Assembly: GCA_013239625.1 (NCBI GenBank)
Contig: MU053365.1
Span: 684,001-748,000 of the forward strand
From: Lama guanicoe
Taxonomy: Eukaryota
DNA: 64,000 nucleotides
Direction: 5' to 3'
Shown: one piece after another, positions 39,488 through 53,229 of the stretch
Numbering within the stretch: the stretch's first letter is position 1
How the letters are laid out: each line of letters opens with the position of its first letter
Position numbers and translations under genes: made by a program
The notes under the pieces: generated by a model
Told to the model about the DNA's origin: nothing
Databases searched by the model: none
Seen by the model: only the letters and a program-made list of their open reading frames with translations

Positions 39488-40081
39488 ATCAAGAAAAAAA
39501 TAAAACAAAAAACCCCTCTAATTCGAAAAGATACATGCAGAACAAAAGTTCAAAGCAGCACTATTTACAATAGACAAGACATGGAAGCTACCTAAATGCC
39601 CACTGGCAGATGAATGGAAAAAATACATACCCAATGTATTATTACTCAGCCATAAAAAAGAATGAAATAATGCCATTTGCAGCGACATGGATGTACTTAG
39701 AGATTATCATACTGAGATAAGTAAATTGACAGAGAAAGACAAATATCATATGATACCACTTATACGTGGAATCTAAGAAAAATGATACAGGTGAATTTAT
39801 GAACAAAAGAGAAAGAGACTCACAGACATAGAAAACAAACTGACGGTTACCAAAGGGGAAAGGAGAGGGGGAGGGATAAATTAGGAGTTTGGGATTAGCA
39901 GATAGAAACCACTATCCATAAGAGATAAACAACGAGGTCCTACTATATAGCTCAGGGAGATGTTCAATATCTTGTAATAACCCATAATGAAAAAGAATAG
40001 ACATGTATAACTGAATCACTATGCTGTACACCAGAAGTTAACACAATATTGTAAACCAACTATACTTCAATAAAAAAAAAA
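39488..40081 (+). mobile_element. Young L1 3' end with 14-bp TSD, nested in the older L1
   Basis: ctctaattcgaaaagatacatgc..atgccatttgcagcgacatggatg..poly(A); TSD CAATATCAGAAAAG at 39474-39487 and 40082-40095. Confidence 0.93.
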
Positions 40082-40225
40082 CAATATCAGAAAAGGGAGC
40101 TATAAATATGGAAAGGGAAAAGGATGAAATGAACCCTGTGGTGTTAGATGGGAATTAGAGGAATGAGTGCAAACTCATGGGTTTTAACGTGTGCGTGTGC
40201 ATGTGTGTGTATAATATATGAATAT

Positions 40226-40277
40226 ATATTGAAGTCTATAAAAATATTGAAGTCTATGAATATATATTGAAGTCTAT
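40226..40277. repeat. Three copies of ATATTGAAGTCTAT (short minisatellite)
   Basis: Copies at 40226-40239, 40244-40257 and 40264-40277. Confidence 0.9.
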
Positions 40278-40911
40278 ATGAAAGGTAGATAAATATAAAA
40301 ACATAGAGTAGATGTGTGTATATATGTGTGTATGTATGCATGCATATATCTATACACATGTATGTTCTAGCTCCATCTGGTTAGACAGCCTAGAATCAAT
40401 TGTATCCCCATAGTAATAAGCACACATAATGCCTAGACCTTGGTTTTTAAATGCCACTTTCCACTGAAAGTATTCTTTGGAAAATAGCTGATTCCAGGAA
40501 CAGAGAAAGTACAAGATGAAGAGTATCTGATGCATAAAGTAAAGAAAGTCTTAAAGAATGATGGGGGCATGTCAAAGGGACACAGGAACCACCTTAATGG
40601 GGTTCTCACGAGTCAAACTGGGAACAACTTGAGCATTGAAACACAGAATAATAAAGTATTACAACCCATTGAAAAATCTAAGACTCCACACTGAAAGACA
40701 GGAAAAAAAGGAGAAAGGAAGGAAGGAAGGAAGGAATGGAGGAAGGGAGGGAGGAAAGGGAAGAGAAGAAAGTTTGTCTTCATTGTAGAAAGCCAACAGA
40801 AATAAATATGAAAGGGATTATGAAATTTTAAAAATCATCATTTGGCATCCACCATACTAACTGATTCAACAGAGTCATCAATGAATCATCAACAAATGCT
40901 AATTCAGTGGG

Positions 40912-41690
40912 TTTTAATATATTCACAAGATTGTGCAACCATCACCACTAATTGCAGCACATTTTTTTTATTACTCCAAAGGAAATCCTGTATCCATTAA
41001 GCAGTTGCTCCCCATTTCCCCCTCCCTCAGCTCCTGACAACCACAAACGTGCTTTCTGTCTCTACGGACTTGTGTATTCCAGATATTTCATATAAATAGA
41101 ATCATACAATATGTGGTCATTATGACTGGCTTCTTTCACATAGCATGATGTTTTCAAGGTTCATCTATGTTGTAACATGCACTATAATTCATTTCTTTTT
41201 AAGGCTAAATCATATTCCATTTTACAGCTACATCATATTTTGTTTACCCATTCATGAATTGATGAACATTTAGGTTGTTTTCACTTTTTGGCTATTACGA
41301 ATAGTGCTCGTGTAAAAGTGTTTGTGTGAACATATGTTTTCAATTCTCTTGGATATATTCCCAGGAGTGGAATTTCTGGGTCGTATGGTAATTTGATGTT
41401 TAACTTTTGAGGAACCACTGAACTTTTTTCCATAGTGGCTGCCCCAGTTCATATTCCCAGAAGCAATGTATGAGGATTCCAATTTCTCCACTTCCTCCTC
41501 AACACTTGTTATTGTGTGTCTTTTAGATTATAGTCATCCCAGTGGGTGTAAAGTGGGATCTCACTGTGGTTTTGATTTGCATTCCCTGATGACTAATGAT
41601 GTTGAGCATCTCTTCATGTACTTATTGGCTATTTGTGTATCTTCTTTGATGAAACATCTATTCACATGCTCTGCCCATTTTTTAACTGGG
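40912..41690 (-). mobile_element. L1MB-like 3' end, antisense, nested in the older L1
   Basis: atatattcacaagattgtgcaaccatcaccacta..ttttcaattctcttggatatattcccaggagtgg..tgcattccctgatgactaatgatgttgagcatct. Confidence 0.88.
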
Positions 41691-44589
41691 TAGTGGATGA
41701 AGCTTTGATGAGGAGCAAGATAATTTACATCATCTCAAAGTATCTCCCCACAAGATACTTATTAATCACAAAGGGGAAAACACTAACTTTACCAGGGAGG
41801 AAGCTGGCAGGCACCACCTGACGTAGTGATCAAAGTTGACATCACCAGTAATGGGACAAATCAACAGCATGTGCCTCCTGATATGATGCAGGAGAAGAAC
41901 AAAACATCACTTCTGTGTTATTATGGCCAATAGCACATAATCTGAATCTAATCACAAGAAAACAGCAGACAAACCCAACATGAAGGACACTCTGAGAAAT
42001 AAATAGCCTGCAATCTTCAAAAATATGAAGGTCATGAAATACCAAAGACAGACTAAGAGATTCTTCCAGACTAAAGAATTAAAGGAGACTAAAGAAGACA
42101 TAAAGACAATGCAACACATGATCCTAAAATTTCAGTGACTATAAAAGGATGTTATTGGGACCACTGCAAAACCTATGTCTAGACTAGAGCACAGTATTAT
42201 ACTGATATTCACTTCCTGATTGTGAATAACAGCCTGTGCTTATGTAAGAGAAGATCTTTCTTCTTAGGAAGTATACATTCAACTATTTAGGGGTAAAGAG
42301 TACCACGTCTATAACTTATTCTCAATTGAGAGAAAAAAGTGCGTAGATAGACAGAGACAGAAAGAGAGAGAGAAAAAGCAAATGTGGTAAAATGATAACA
42401 TTGGGGGAATCCGGGTGACAGATGTATGGGAATTCTTTGCACAATTCTTGCAATTTTTCTGTAGGTCTGAAAACATAAAAAATAAAAAGTTAAAAGAAAC
42501 AATAAACTTTAACAGTAGTGTGAAGTTGATCATTCTTGTTACTTACATTAAAAAGTAGAATTGTATCATTTCAACCTACTGATCTGAGTTTTCTTTTTTA
42601 AAAAATATATAGCTATTATAAGCTTATTCCTTCAACAAAGTGAGTAACTTCAAATAATTTCCTCAAAAAACATGTTTTTGCCTTTCCACAACTTATGAAA
42701 TGATTATTTTAAAGAACGAGAAACATATATGTTTCATTTTATTTTAACTAATTTTACCTTAAAAGAAATATCCAACGACCCAGAAATTTTATTTGGCATT
42801 CTTTTACTAAAACGGGATGGGGCTCGTTCCGAGAATCAGCCCCCTAGAAGGAGAGACTCTTGGAAGCTAAGTCCCATGTGATAAACACAAACACTCACTG
42901 ACTCAAAACCAGTAGCAGCCATCTGGCAGATGGGAGGGCTAGGCACAAAGACACTGGGTATGAACGGGCAAGTTCACCCAGGCCAATCAAGCGCTTCTTG
43001 AAGAAGTAACTTAAGTGCCAGTTCCATAGCTGTACCTTACTTAGAAGCAGCGAAGCATGTTTGGCTCAGATCGCAGTCTCTGAGCAAACACTAACTTGGC
43101 AGCAGAGGAGACAGAAGTAACCCAGCTCAGTGCTGGAAAATTTTAAAAAGCCACATGTTATCCCTAAAATGGATGCTACAGATGCGGGGCCCAAAGGAAA
43201 TTAGCTTAATGTAACTGCAAAAGAAACACCGCTCATCCTCTTCTTGTCACTCCCACCCAACAAGAACCCCACACCCAATCCCGTGCCTTCTGCTGGTTAT
43301 TCATAGCGCCTCACAATATTTACACTGAAGAAATATTCACATTTTGTGACGGTTATTCAACTGCCTTGCAGACTGAATGCAGTAAAGCCCAGCTGGTAGC
43401 TTCATGACAAGCTTTCTAGGCACAGTCACAAGATATCAAAGTATTTTAACTTGGTTTCCACACTCTGCACACTGTGATCACTCTTTAATTGTATTTAGTC
43501 CACTTTGCATTTTGGTCCCTGAGCATCAAAAGATTCTCGCTGTACTATTACATTTAATAAAACAAACATGAAACGGCACTTATACTGAGGGCATAAATGA
43601 CTAATAGCATCATTTAAATATATTACTACAGACGACTCTTTACGATGGCAAATGACAACAATCACTTTATTTTTCAAAACACGTGCGGCTGTGATATACA
43701 TGTTGCTGATAAAAGCCTGTTATTCACAGAACTAAAGTGTGCTTGGCCTTGCACTGAACTCAGAGAAAATTGTGCATGTGCGTCTCAGGTAAAATTTAGC
43801 TCCAGAGAGATGTGGGTAGGACTCCGATGTTATTTACAGACGAAATATATTGGTGACAACCTGGTAACAAATACGGAGGCTGTATTCAGCCATTTCAGCC
43901 ATCAATTACAGACCAACTTGGGTTTTCAGCTCAGCACATGGAGAATAAGAATGGTGCTTCATTGTCAAAACAAAAACATTTTTATTTCAAATTACTATTG
44001 GATTGTGTCTGCTGCGGCATTCCTGATCGCAGACACATTTTTCCATGAGTTTACAAGAGCCCTGGCATCCGATGCTTCAAAACAGCTCAGCTACTGTACT
44101 AGCCCAGCCTCAGCTCAAGTGGAGGTGACTTCAGCCTAGAAACAAAGTCTGCAATGGTGTCCTTTCTGGGGAAGCCCCTGGAGCCCCTCCCCAGGGGACA
44201 TCTTTTTATTTGCAATTAATTAAGGTGACAGTGGTCATTTTTTTTGTTGGGGAGGGGTACCCATCTAAATCATTGGCCTGAGAGGCCAGATTCTAATAAC
44301 ATTTAAGTCTCTGGATGCCCTCCACATTTTTCTTTTCTTCTTAAATGAACATGCGTACTAAAGTGAGGTATTTCAAAATAGCTCAATTTTTAAAAATCTA
44401 TGTGTTTCACAGTCTGAATTCAAATATCTTCATCCTGCAGAGTACTACCTAGGTGACGAATATGGTGTCCTGTGATGTGATTTTTTTTAACCCCCAAATA
44501 GACCACATCTAGAGGTCGCAACAATTATTCAAGGTAGCCAAACAAAGCAGCTTATCAATCTTTACAGAGTTTGAAACGGAACCGACGGT

Positions 44590-44700
44590 GCCAGGAGCAT
44601 TTATGGAGCGCCACCTCTGTGCTGGACACTGTCCAAAGGGCTACAGACAGGAAAAGAAATAAGATAGGGTCTTCCTCCTTAAGAACAAGAACCTCTCAGT
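44590..44700 (-). mobile_element. L2 3' end
   Basis: gcatttatggagcgccacctctgtgctggacactgt..aataagatagggtcttcctcctt. Confidence 0.6.
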
Positions 44701-45039
44701 TTCGGGGAGGTGGGGGCAAGCGTGAAAAAGTGATGGGAGGGGAGGGAGGATGCTGGGAAGCCACTGTAAATGACAGCTGGGCCCTTAAGAAACAACGAAG
44801 CAGGGAAAGGATAGGGGAGACGTCAAAGAGACAGCCTTCGGGACACAGCAGACATACGGGAATAAGCCAGCAAGCCCCTGCAAGCAGGTAAACTTCATAA
44901 ACACAACTGCAAATTTCCAAAATCAAAACCCACGAGCAAAATGATCTAAGAAAGGACACTTTGAATTAGAGGTACTGGGAATCTTCTGACTGGATCAGAT
45001 CACAGAAAAAATTAAAGGCCAAGAGCTACAATAAGTGCA

Positions 45040-45500
45040 GCACGTGAGTAAAGAAAAACAGGAGCCTACTGCGCCGACGGAGGGACCAGGGGAGGGAGCT
45101 GGGGCTTTTGCTGCGGCCTCGGCACGGCGTCTGTCTGGTAATTCCAAAAAGAATCGCAGAGGAGCTGCGACTTATCAACAGATGGATGGAAGCCGGGCCA
45201 GCAATACAGGCAGAATCCTAATTAAAGCCCAGGCACAGGCTGAGAGGTGGAAAGTAGGTGGGACCCGACGCAAGCGAGACGCCGTGGCACTGTCGTCAGG
45301 ACGGTTGGGAGAAAGACAATTCGGCCGGGCCGAGAGAAAGGATCACCGTAAGACAAGGGCAGAACCGGGGGCTCCACGGGGGACCCCACCACTCAGGGCT
45401 GCTGGGCACCGGGGACCACGTAACAGAACAGTCCAGACCTGTGTGGGCTTCCACGAGACGGCAGATTTCTGTGAGAAAGTCTATTTTAAATAGCAGGCGG
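45040..45500. other. Small CpG-dense patch
   Basis: About 29 CpG dinucleotides counted by hand in about 460 bp, far above the flanking background. Confidence 0.75.
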
Positions 45501-45797
45501 AAAACTAGAAGCAGCAACAAAAATAGGTCTTTGCTTTCCTTAATCCTCTTTAATCTTTTAGCCTTGGTTAATGGTCTTGCTAATCACTTCCTTCATCAGT
45601 CGCGGAAAGCAGAGGCTTGGGAGTCCTAGACACTGAAGCTGTTTGTGAAACAAACCTGAGCAAATAACAGTGGAACATGGCTTGTGAAAGCAGAGGGTTT
45701 ACACTCTATAAATAACTTCCATTTATTCTTATTCTTTACACGTACACTATTACTGAAGACTGGATGATAGCTTTCTGCTATTGCCTGGCTGAGTTCT

Positions 45798-45830
45798 TAC
45801 ACACACACACGCGCACACACACACACACAC
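45798..45830. repeat. (CA)n microsatellite with a cgcg interruption
   Basis: Read directly. Confidence 0.93.
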
Positions 45831-48254
45831 CTCCAAGGTAATGACGATATTGATTCTGAAGAGACACTTTTTGAGACAAATAAAAAAAAGAGCCATACAA
45901 CTGATCTAACAGAGCAGGTCTAGAAACTTCAGGGGGAAGCGGTAGTCTTTCTGGTGAACAGCAATTGTTTAAGACTCTTGAAAATCCCACATCCTAATAT
46001 CATCAGAGGTTCGGGCAGCATTAGAAAGGATGTGATACCTTAGAGACACTCCACACAGTGAGTCGTCTAGGCTATTTTATTGTAAATTAAGTTCTGCATT
46101 TCCTCTTTAATACAAAAGTAACAACCTGTGATCACGAACAGCACTAGATAAAGTATAAAAACAGAAGCTTGCATGTGAAAACATCTCAATTAAACAGAGA
46201 ATCCAAATACAGGGGAAAGGAAATCAGGTAAGCAATTCAAACATAAAAATATAAAAATACTTTACAATGAAGCATGGATGAGTTTTGCACACTTCAAAAC
46301 CAATAAATAAATAAACCCATATTCATTTCATTGAGCCGGGGGAACTGGGGGAAATGCTTTTGTCCTTAGGGGACAGCCACCTCTTTTGGTTAAACGTTAC
46401 ATTCAAAATGTGCCTAATTCTTATAATCCAAATATGTGACACTGCTTGGGTTTCCATGGCTACTGCTCTGAAAACCATATTAATTATTCAAGAGGTCCAT
46501 GCCATTCTCCCTGCATGCCCTAAGGAATGCTGGGAACCGCAACATGCCATTATAAAGGGACTAGCTGTTAAACAGACTGCATGACCAAATCTAAATAGGA
46601 AACTTATTCCCTTGAAGTCCTGACATCGTCCTGATAGCATTAAACAGTATTATTTAAACTCCTTGGAACAAAATGAAATGAGGGAATGAAAGAGTTTCGC
46701 TTCACATTTAATATCTTAACAATCTTTCTAAGACCATAAAATTGTAGCCTCTGCTCAGTCCTCTGATAGGATCTTATTTCAACCAAGTCAGTTGCCTCAC
46801 ATAGAACAGTACTAATTCTACGAAATCTGCACCCCCACCGCCCCCCACCGAAGGCTGCCATTTAGACATTGCAGAACTTGGAGGAAACCAGATAATCAAG
46901 TTAATAAGACAAATTGTGACTAGGCATCTGGGTGCCGTATCTGCCGATGCCTGAATACCAAAATAACCATAATTTGTGCAGCCTGTGATCTTGCCTTCAT
47001 CATAAATAACATTATCAAAGTGGAGACAGGGAGGTCTGAGTGTATTCAAGCAACATGCACACTGCTACTGACTTCCTGTCAAAGCTAAACTCACGGTGTC
47101 AATCCTGTAGCGGGGCAATGAGGGGCATTATCAGCCCAATTACTCAAAGACCGGGGAGAGGAAAGCTAGCAGCTATCACTCCACACTCTTGAGCTCCTTC
47201 AGGGGTTTCAGACGCTCAGACACAACATTTGCATTTATTTTCATTTGCACATATTATAATATCGTTGTACATTACATTATAGTATAGCATCGTGTAATGC
47301 TTATATAATATATTGGCTTATATACCATTTTATATTACTGTATCTTACATTATTCTTTGCCTTTCTGAGCAAAAGAGACTAATTTTCAGAGATGGCTACT
47401 GCAATGAGACACAGAAGTTTCCAAGTTCAAGTTCCAAGGTCCCTGATTTGGGGCATTTCAAAAGATTTGCACAATTTTTCAGCTTCATTGATACTGAATT
47501 CTTATTTATCACACACATACAGGGAAGAAAAAAGAAGTGCCAATTTTCCAGAAGCAAAGAATATGAGAGAAATCAGGGTGATCTGTATACACTGAATTCT
47601 GTACTGCATAATCTTGCAATCAAATTTCAAAATAATGTGATAAAAAATTATACCCTGTGGAAATGTAATCACCTGCCACAAGTGATAAAGAAATAAAATC
47701 AAATGATATGTAACAATTATCTAAAACATAATGAACAGCCTATTTGCTAATTAAAGGGAAAACATACTATGTATTGTAATTACTATTCAATATTCAGTAA
47801 TATCATTTCTCTATAGTTAACTTCTGAGCCTTTTTGTGAATTAAATGCTGATGGAAAGGAGTGAAAACCATGATAAATGCTTACCCCACAAATAAACAAC
47901 CTTTATTATTAATTATTCTTTCCATCAACCAATTACCACGCAAATTGTCAGAAAGCTAATTACAGAAGGAAAGCTAACTGGGAAAATCTACTTAGTGAGA
48001 TTTTAATTCAATTCAACTACTATCTATTGAACCTCTGAGGCACTGGCAAAATACTCAGTGCTGTTCAAGACAAAAGAAGCAGGGCTCTCATTTACTGAGG
48101 ACCCTCATGCCCTTTTCGGGTCCCAGGCACGTGCTCAGCTACCAGTCACACACGAATGCACACGCGCACACGCACACACACCAACCCCCCAGCACTACGC
48201 ACGTATTCGTGAATCTGCACAACACCCCACAGGGGCAGGTAATGGTACTAGCCA

Positions 48255-48385
48255 TAAGGACTTCTGAGACTCTCAGCTTGCTCATCTCTAAAATGGAAAT
48301 AACAATGCATACTTTTTAGCTTTTTGTTGAGGATTAAATAACAAGGTAAGTAAAGAGCATGATCCAGCACCAGTAAATGGCAGTG
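48255..48385 (+). mobile_element. MIR fragment
   Basis: ctctcagcttgctcatctctaaaatggaaataacaatgcatac..gttgaggattaaataa. Confidence 0.65.
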
Positions 48386-50134
48386 ATATTAGCAGATGAG
48401 TAAAGGCTAAGGCCAAAGCCACCCAGCACTGAATTGTTCAGTCATCTTCACGAAGCACAAGGGCAGGGAGACAGCACCACCAATTCAGCCCGCCGTGCCT
48501 GCCTGAGATGCAGCATCCTCAGTCACATCCCCTTCCGCGAACAGTCTGACTCAAACCAGAATGAACAAGTTGCCGTGCTACAGAACCAGTCCATGTGCTC
48601 CCATTACGAAGAGAGATTTCCAGGTCACTGACTAGGATCAAAGCAACCAGACCCAGAGCTGTGGTCATGGCTCCGTCTGCTGCGCTGCCGCCTACAAGAG
48701 GCCATGAATCATAATGAAGAAGCCACTAACTTTGGCTTTGTCAACACCAACACTTCTAGGGCTATTCAGTCAGATTCATTCACAAAGCTTCAACACTCCC
48801 CTTTGTCACCAGGGCAAGAGGGCCGGAAGTAATCTCCACAACAGAAAACCGGTTAATCTATTGGTGAGAATTAAAGGTGTACTATCGAGAATAAACAAAC
48901 TGCTGCAAAGCACCGAATATTTTCAGAAGCCTACAGACTTGGGTTACCCATTCTCAGGACTCAGATGATGATAAAATCCAGTTGTTCTTAATCCTTCCTG
49001 AACACTATTTATCCTCTCCTTGGATGATTCAGGTCATCGTAAACCCAGATGCTGCTGTGGGAAATGTAGATTGGGCTAAATCTCCACTATCCTTCTGATA
49101 TAACCTCTATATTTATTCTCTTAAAAGATTGTTGGCTCATCCTTTGTCTCCTCCTTATCGAGGCTGAGTACACGATGCTAAGTGGGAAAAATCCAGCTTT
49201 AAGCCTTTCAGTTTGGATTCTAAGAAATGAAAATTTGCCACACATTCTTCGTTTCAATTGTCAGACCACAACGCGACAGCTAGTACTGATTTTATTGTTC
49301 CATTATGATTTTTCTTTCTCTTCAAATATGTAAGATATTCCTTTTTTTTTAACATCTTTTAGCTTCCCTTTCCAGGGGCTAAAATGGGAAATCTCAACAT
49401 TATTCAACCTGAACATGTTTCCAGGAAAGGAAAGGTCCCCATGCGTGGCAATAAAAGAGACGGGAACCTGCCTCCTCACGTGCTTTTTTTTTTTAATGTA
49501 ATTCAAAATAACCTTGACGTTCAACTCAAACAGATTCTAATTTTCATATCTTTTCCATGCTCTTCTCGAGGACAAACATTTTGTCTTTATCACCGTTTTA
49601 AAGGGCACAAGGTTAGTATCGACTTGCATTTCACAGACATACACACAAGAAGCAACATGCTAGCCCAGAATTTCAAGTTCCTACCCCTTTCACAGTGTAT
49701 TTCCTCCAGGCTGGTAACTCACCACACTCATTGCAAATCTCCTTTATCTCGCTTGCTCCCCCTCTAGTGGAACTGCTGGGGATCAGGGTCCCAGAGGCTT
49801 GAAGGAAGATAAATGGTTGATCGTCCAACTAGAAAGCCAGCAAACCACTGACTGTCACTGCTCGCCGGCCCAACACTGAAACCGTTCTGTGTATCTCTTC
49901 CGGAAGCTTGGTGATTCTTACCTAACTAGATTGATTAATGTGTTCCAGTGTGATTTCCCTAACAATATTTTTTCAAGTCTGTCTGCTATTTATTCCCACC
50001 ATGGAGCAGCAACTCTAAATGCCAGTGATAAAATACTCCTCCCTGGAAAAAATTTTCTTGGGCTAAGTTGTAAACAGTGGATCTGGCTACAGTTTCAGTG
50101 AATCATCAATGAACGTTAAAGCTGCCCAGTGAAC

Positions 50135-51130
50135 CTTTTTTTGGTAACAGCTCTACTGAGATACAATTCACATAAACACAGTTCACCATTTTAAAGTATA
50201 TACTTCAGAGATTCTTGGATAGTCACAGAGATGTGCAGTCAACACCACTACCGAATTCCAGGACATCTTCATCATCCCCAAAGAAATCCTGTCTGTACCT
50301 ATTAGTCCTTCTCCATTCTGCCCTTCCCTCAGCTCCTGGTAACCACTCTACGGATTTGGCTATTCTGGTTATTTTATATAAATGGAATTGTACAATATAT
50401 GACCTTTGGGGTCTGCTTTCTTGCACTTAGCATAATGCTTTCAAGGTTCATCCATGTTGTAGCATGTATCAACACTTCATTCTCTTTTTGTGGCTGAATA
50501 AAATCCCATCGTATGGATAAAATATACTCTGTATGTCCTTTCATCAGTTGATGGATATTTGGGTTGTTTCCAGTTTTTGGCTATTGTGAATAATGTTCTC
50601 TGAACATTTGCATACAAAGTTTTGTGTAGACGTATGTTTTCAATTCTCTTGGGTACACATCTAGGTGTGGAATTGCTGGGTCAAATGGTAACTCTATGTT
50701 TAACTTTTTGAGAAACTGCCAAACTTTTCCACAGTAGCTCCACCATTTTACATTCTTATCATCAATGTATAAGGATTCCAATATCTCCACATCCTTACCA
50801 GCACTTTATGCTGTCTATCTTTTAGAGTACAGCCATCTCAGAGTATGTGAAGTGGTATCTCTGTGATTCTGATTTGCATTTGGCTGATGGCTAAGGATGC
50901 TGAACATCCTTTCATGTGTTTAGTGGTCCTTTGTGTATCTTCTTTGGAAAAGTGTTTACTCAGGGGTTTTGCTCATTTTTAAATCAGGTCATTTCTCTTT
51001 TGATTAATGACTTGTATCTGTTCTTTATGTATTCTGAATACTAGTACCTCATCAGATACGTAATTTGCAAATATTTTCTCCCATTCTGCAGGATGTCTTT
51101 TCCATTTCTTGATGGTGCCCTTTGAAGCTC
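50135..51130 (-). mobile_element. L1MB-like 3' end (ORF2 C-terminus and 3' UTR)
   Basis: Minus-strand peptide WQFLKKLNIELPFDPAIPHLDVYPRELKTYV; T-run and aacagctctactgagatacaattcacata mark the 3' UTR end. Confidence 0.9.
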
Positions 51131-51969
51131 CCTATTAATTTTTTTAGTCAAATAATCACTAATGCCTCAGACTGAATAATCTTTTTTTCATAATTTCTAA
51201 AAGTGCTTCCTGTTTGCAGATGGGCCTAGAGACATCAGTCCTGCTACCACTGACCCTCTCACTCGGTGCTGATCCTTCATTAGATTGGACCATAAATGCC
51301 CTGTTAGGTGTCTATCCATCCTTAGGACAATTAACCTCCTCAGACTTCCCAGGAAGCCTTTTAGTAGCTTTAGAATGATTATGCTACATTGTGAATGCCT
51401 GCTTTTGAGTAAGTGAACTCAGTGTTGTTGTTTTTTTTAAATTGGTATTATTTGGCTCGGAGTATTTGGGTTAGCAGCTTTTCCCACAGGAATACAGTAT
51501 AACTGTAAGACTTTTAAAAATGCTCTCTTTAATCAATCTTACCTTTTACTTTCCCCTCCAAGACTGCTTTGCCATCTGCTTTCCCATTTAAATTACATTT
51601 GCCCAGAAGTTTAAATTTTCTTGATATCATTTGGATCTAGCTAAACTCATCAACCCTAGACTAACTGCAGTGAGGGGCAGGGTAGAGGGCAATCAGGCTG
51701 AATTAGTGACAAATCTGAGTTCTAGAATATTTGGAAAGAAATGCTGCAGCAGCTAATTAGGCATGGTAACCATGTCCAACTTTAAGGACCCACAGAAGCA
51801 AGATATCAGGTTAAATGGACTAACAGTGGGGCCTGGGCAACAATTAAGTAGCCCGTAGGCTTGCCCAGCAAGCTGCTCCAAAGACTGGAGTTGCTTTTTG
51901 GATCTAAGGCTTCATCTGGACCACAAGTATCAGAGGCACAGCTGCAAATAAACTTTGGGGATGACAGCT

Positions 51970-52428
51970 TGTTCTGGGTTGAATTGTGTCTCCCCTGGAA
52001 AAAAAAAATCTGTTGGACTCCTAGCTCCCAGTACCTCAGAATGCAACCATATTTGGAAACAGGATCTTTATGGGGGATCAAGTTAAGATGAGTTCATTAG
52101 GGTGGACCGTAATCCAATATAACTGGTTTCCTTATAACAATGGGACTCTGGACAGAGACAGGCATGTGCGGAGGGAGAGCCACGTGATGAGACAGGAAGA
52201 AGGTGATGATGCTAAAGACAGAGGGTGGTGCAATGCCTCTTCAAGCCAAGGAGCCCCTGAGGCTACTAGAAGCTCTTTCCCTAGAGCCTTTAGAGGGAGA
52301 ATGACCTTGCTGACATCTTGATCTTGGACTTTCAGCCTCCAGAACTGGGAGAGAATACATTTCTGTTGTTCTAAGCCACAAATACGGTGTGTGGTAGTTT
52401 GTCACAGCAGTCTTAGGAAACTAATCCA
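51970..52428 (+). mobile_element. MaLR solo LTR (MLT1B/C-like) with 5-bp TSD
   Basis: tgttctgggttgaattgtgtctccc..cccagtacctcagaatg..cagcctccagaactg..taggaaactaatcca; TSD cagct (51965-51969) / caact (52429-52433). Confidence 0.9.
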
Positions 52429-53229
52429 CAACTTCAGGCACTAAGCAAAGGGTAAAAACTGTTGTTATCTCAGGTGGAAGGGTTGTCACGTCCTACGGTG
52501 GCCATTCCAGTCACATCTGCACACCCAGACCATCCTCATAGTCAGTAGCGACATCTTTGAGATGAAAAGGAACAATGCAGAGTATGCATTCCACATTTCT
52601 TCCCTGAAGATGCACATTTCTACTTTACTAAATGTTATGAGACTTCCAAGTCTTGTTCCGGCTGTGCGTGTGGTGTGTAATAAAGGAAGAGTAATGGTTG
52701 TCTGGGTCAAACTGATGAGTTTGTGAGCTAAATAAGTCAAGAAATCAGTGAAGAAATCATAACCGCCTCCTCACTCCAACTCATTCTTTATAAATAATGA
52801 GGATGTCTTATTGGGTGATATGAAATTTTATCAGAAGCATATTGAAGGACTATAACCATGTAGATATTGTGATGCTATATAACTAGTGGGGTTCAAAATA
52901 GGCTAAATGATGATGACGATGACTGTTTGGAGATTACAAATCGCCACAAATATATGCTGGGCTCTTTGGTTGGTAGAAATTGTAAACAGTCAAAATTAAG
53001 CCCAATACTAACACAATCAATCAGGTCGGTAGGAGATACTGGTATAAATCAACGAGGCCAGTGAGCTAGAGACAAATTCTTACAATTTTATCTCCAGTTA
53101 TTCCTTTTTCATACATTGCCTGTGGGCTGATATTACACACAATTATGTGGGAGAAAAAAATTACTGAAACAAATGTATTGAGACTTGTTTGGTAAGCATT
53201 ACATTTTTAACTTAATTTCATAATATTGT

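Larger units (their letters stand above)
39075..42515 (+). mobile_element. Old L1MC/L1MD-like 3' UTR interrupted by two later L1 insertions
   Basis: Colinear blocks aaagaatgatgggggcatgtcaaagggacacaggaacc, catctcaaagtatctccccacaagatacttattaat and gggaattctttgcacaattcttgcaatttttctgtaggtctgaaa. Confidence 0.78.

Noticed and set aside
49922..50042. Minus-strand segment between a ttttttccag acceptor and a tag|gtaaga donor
   Set aside because: Stops in all three frames, short pyrimidine tract and no other support.
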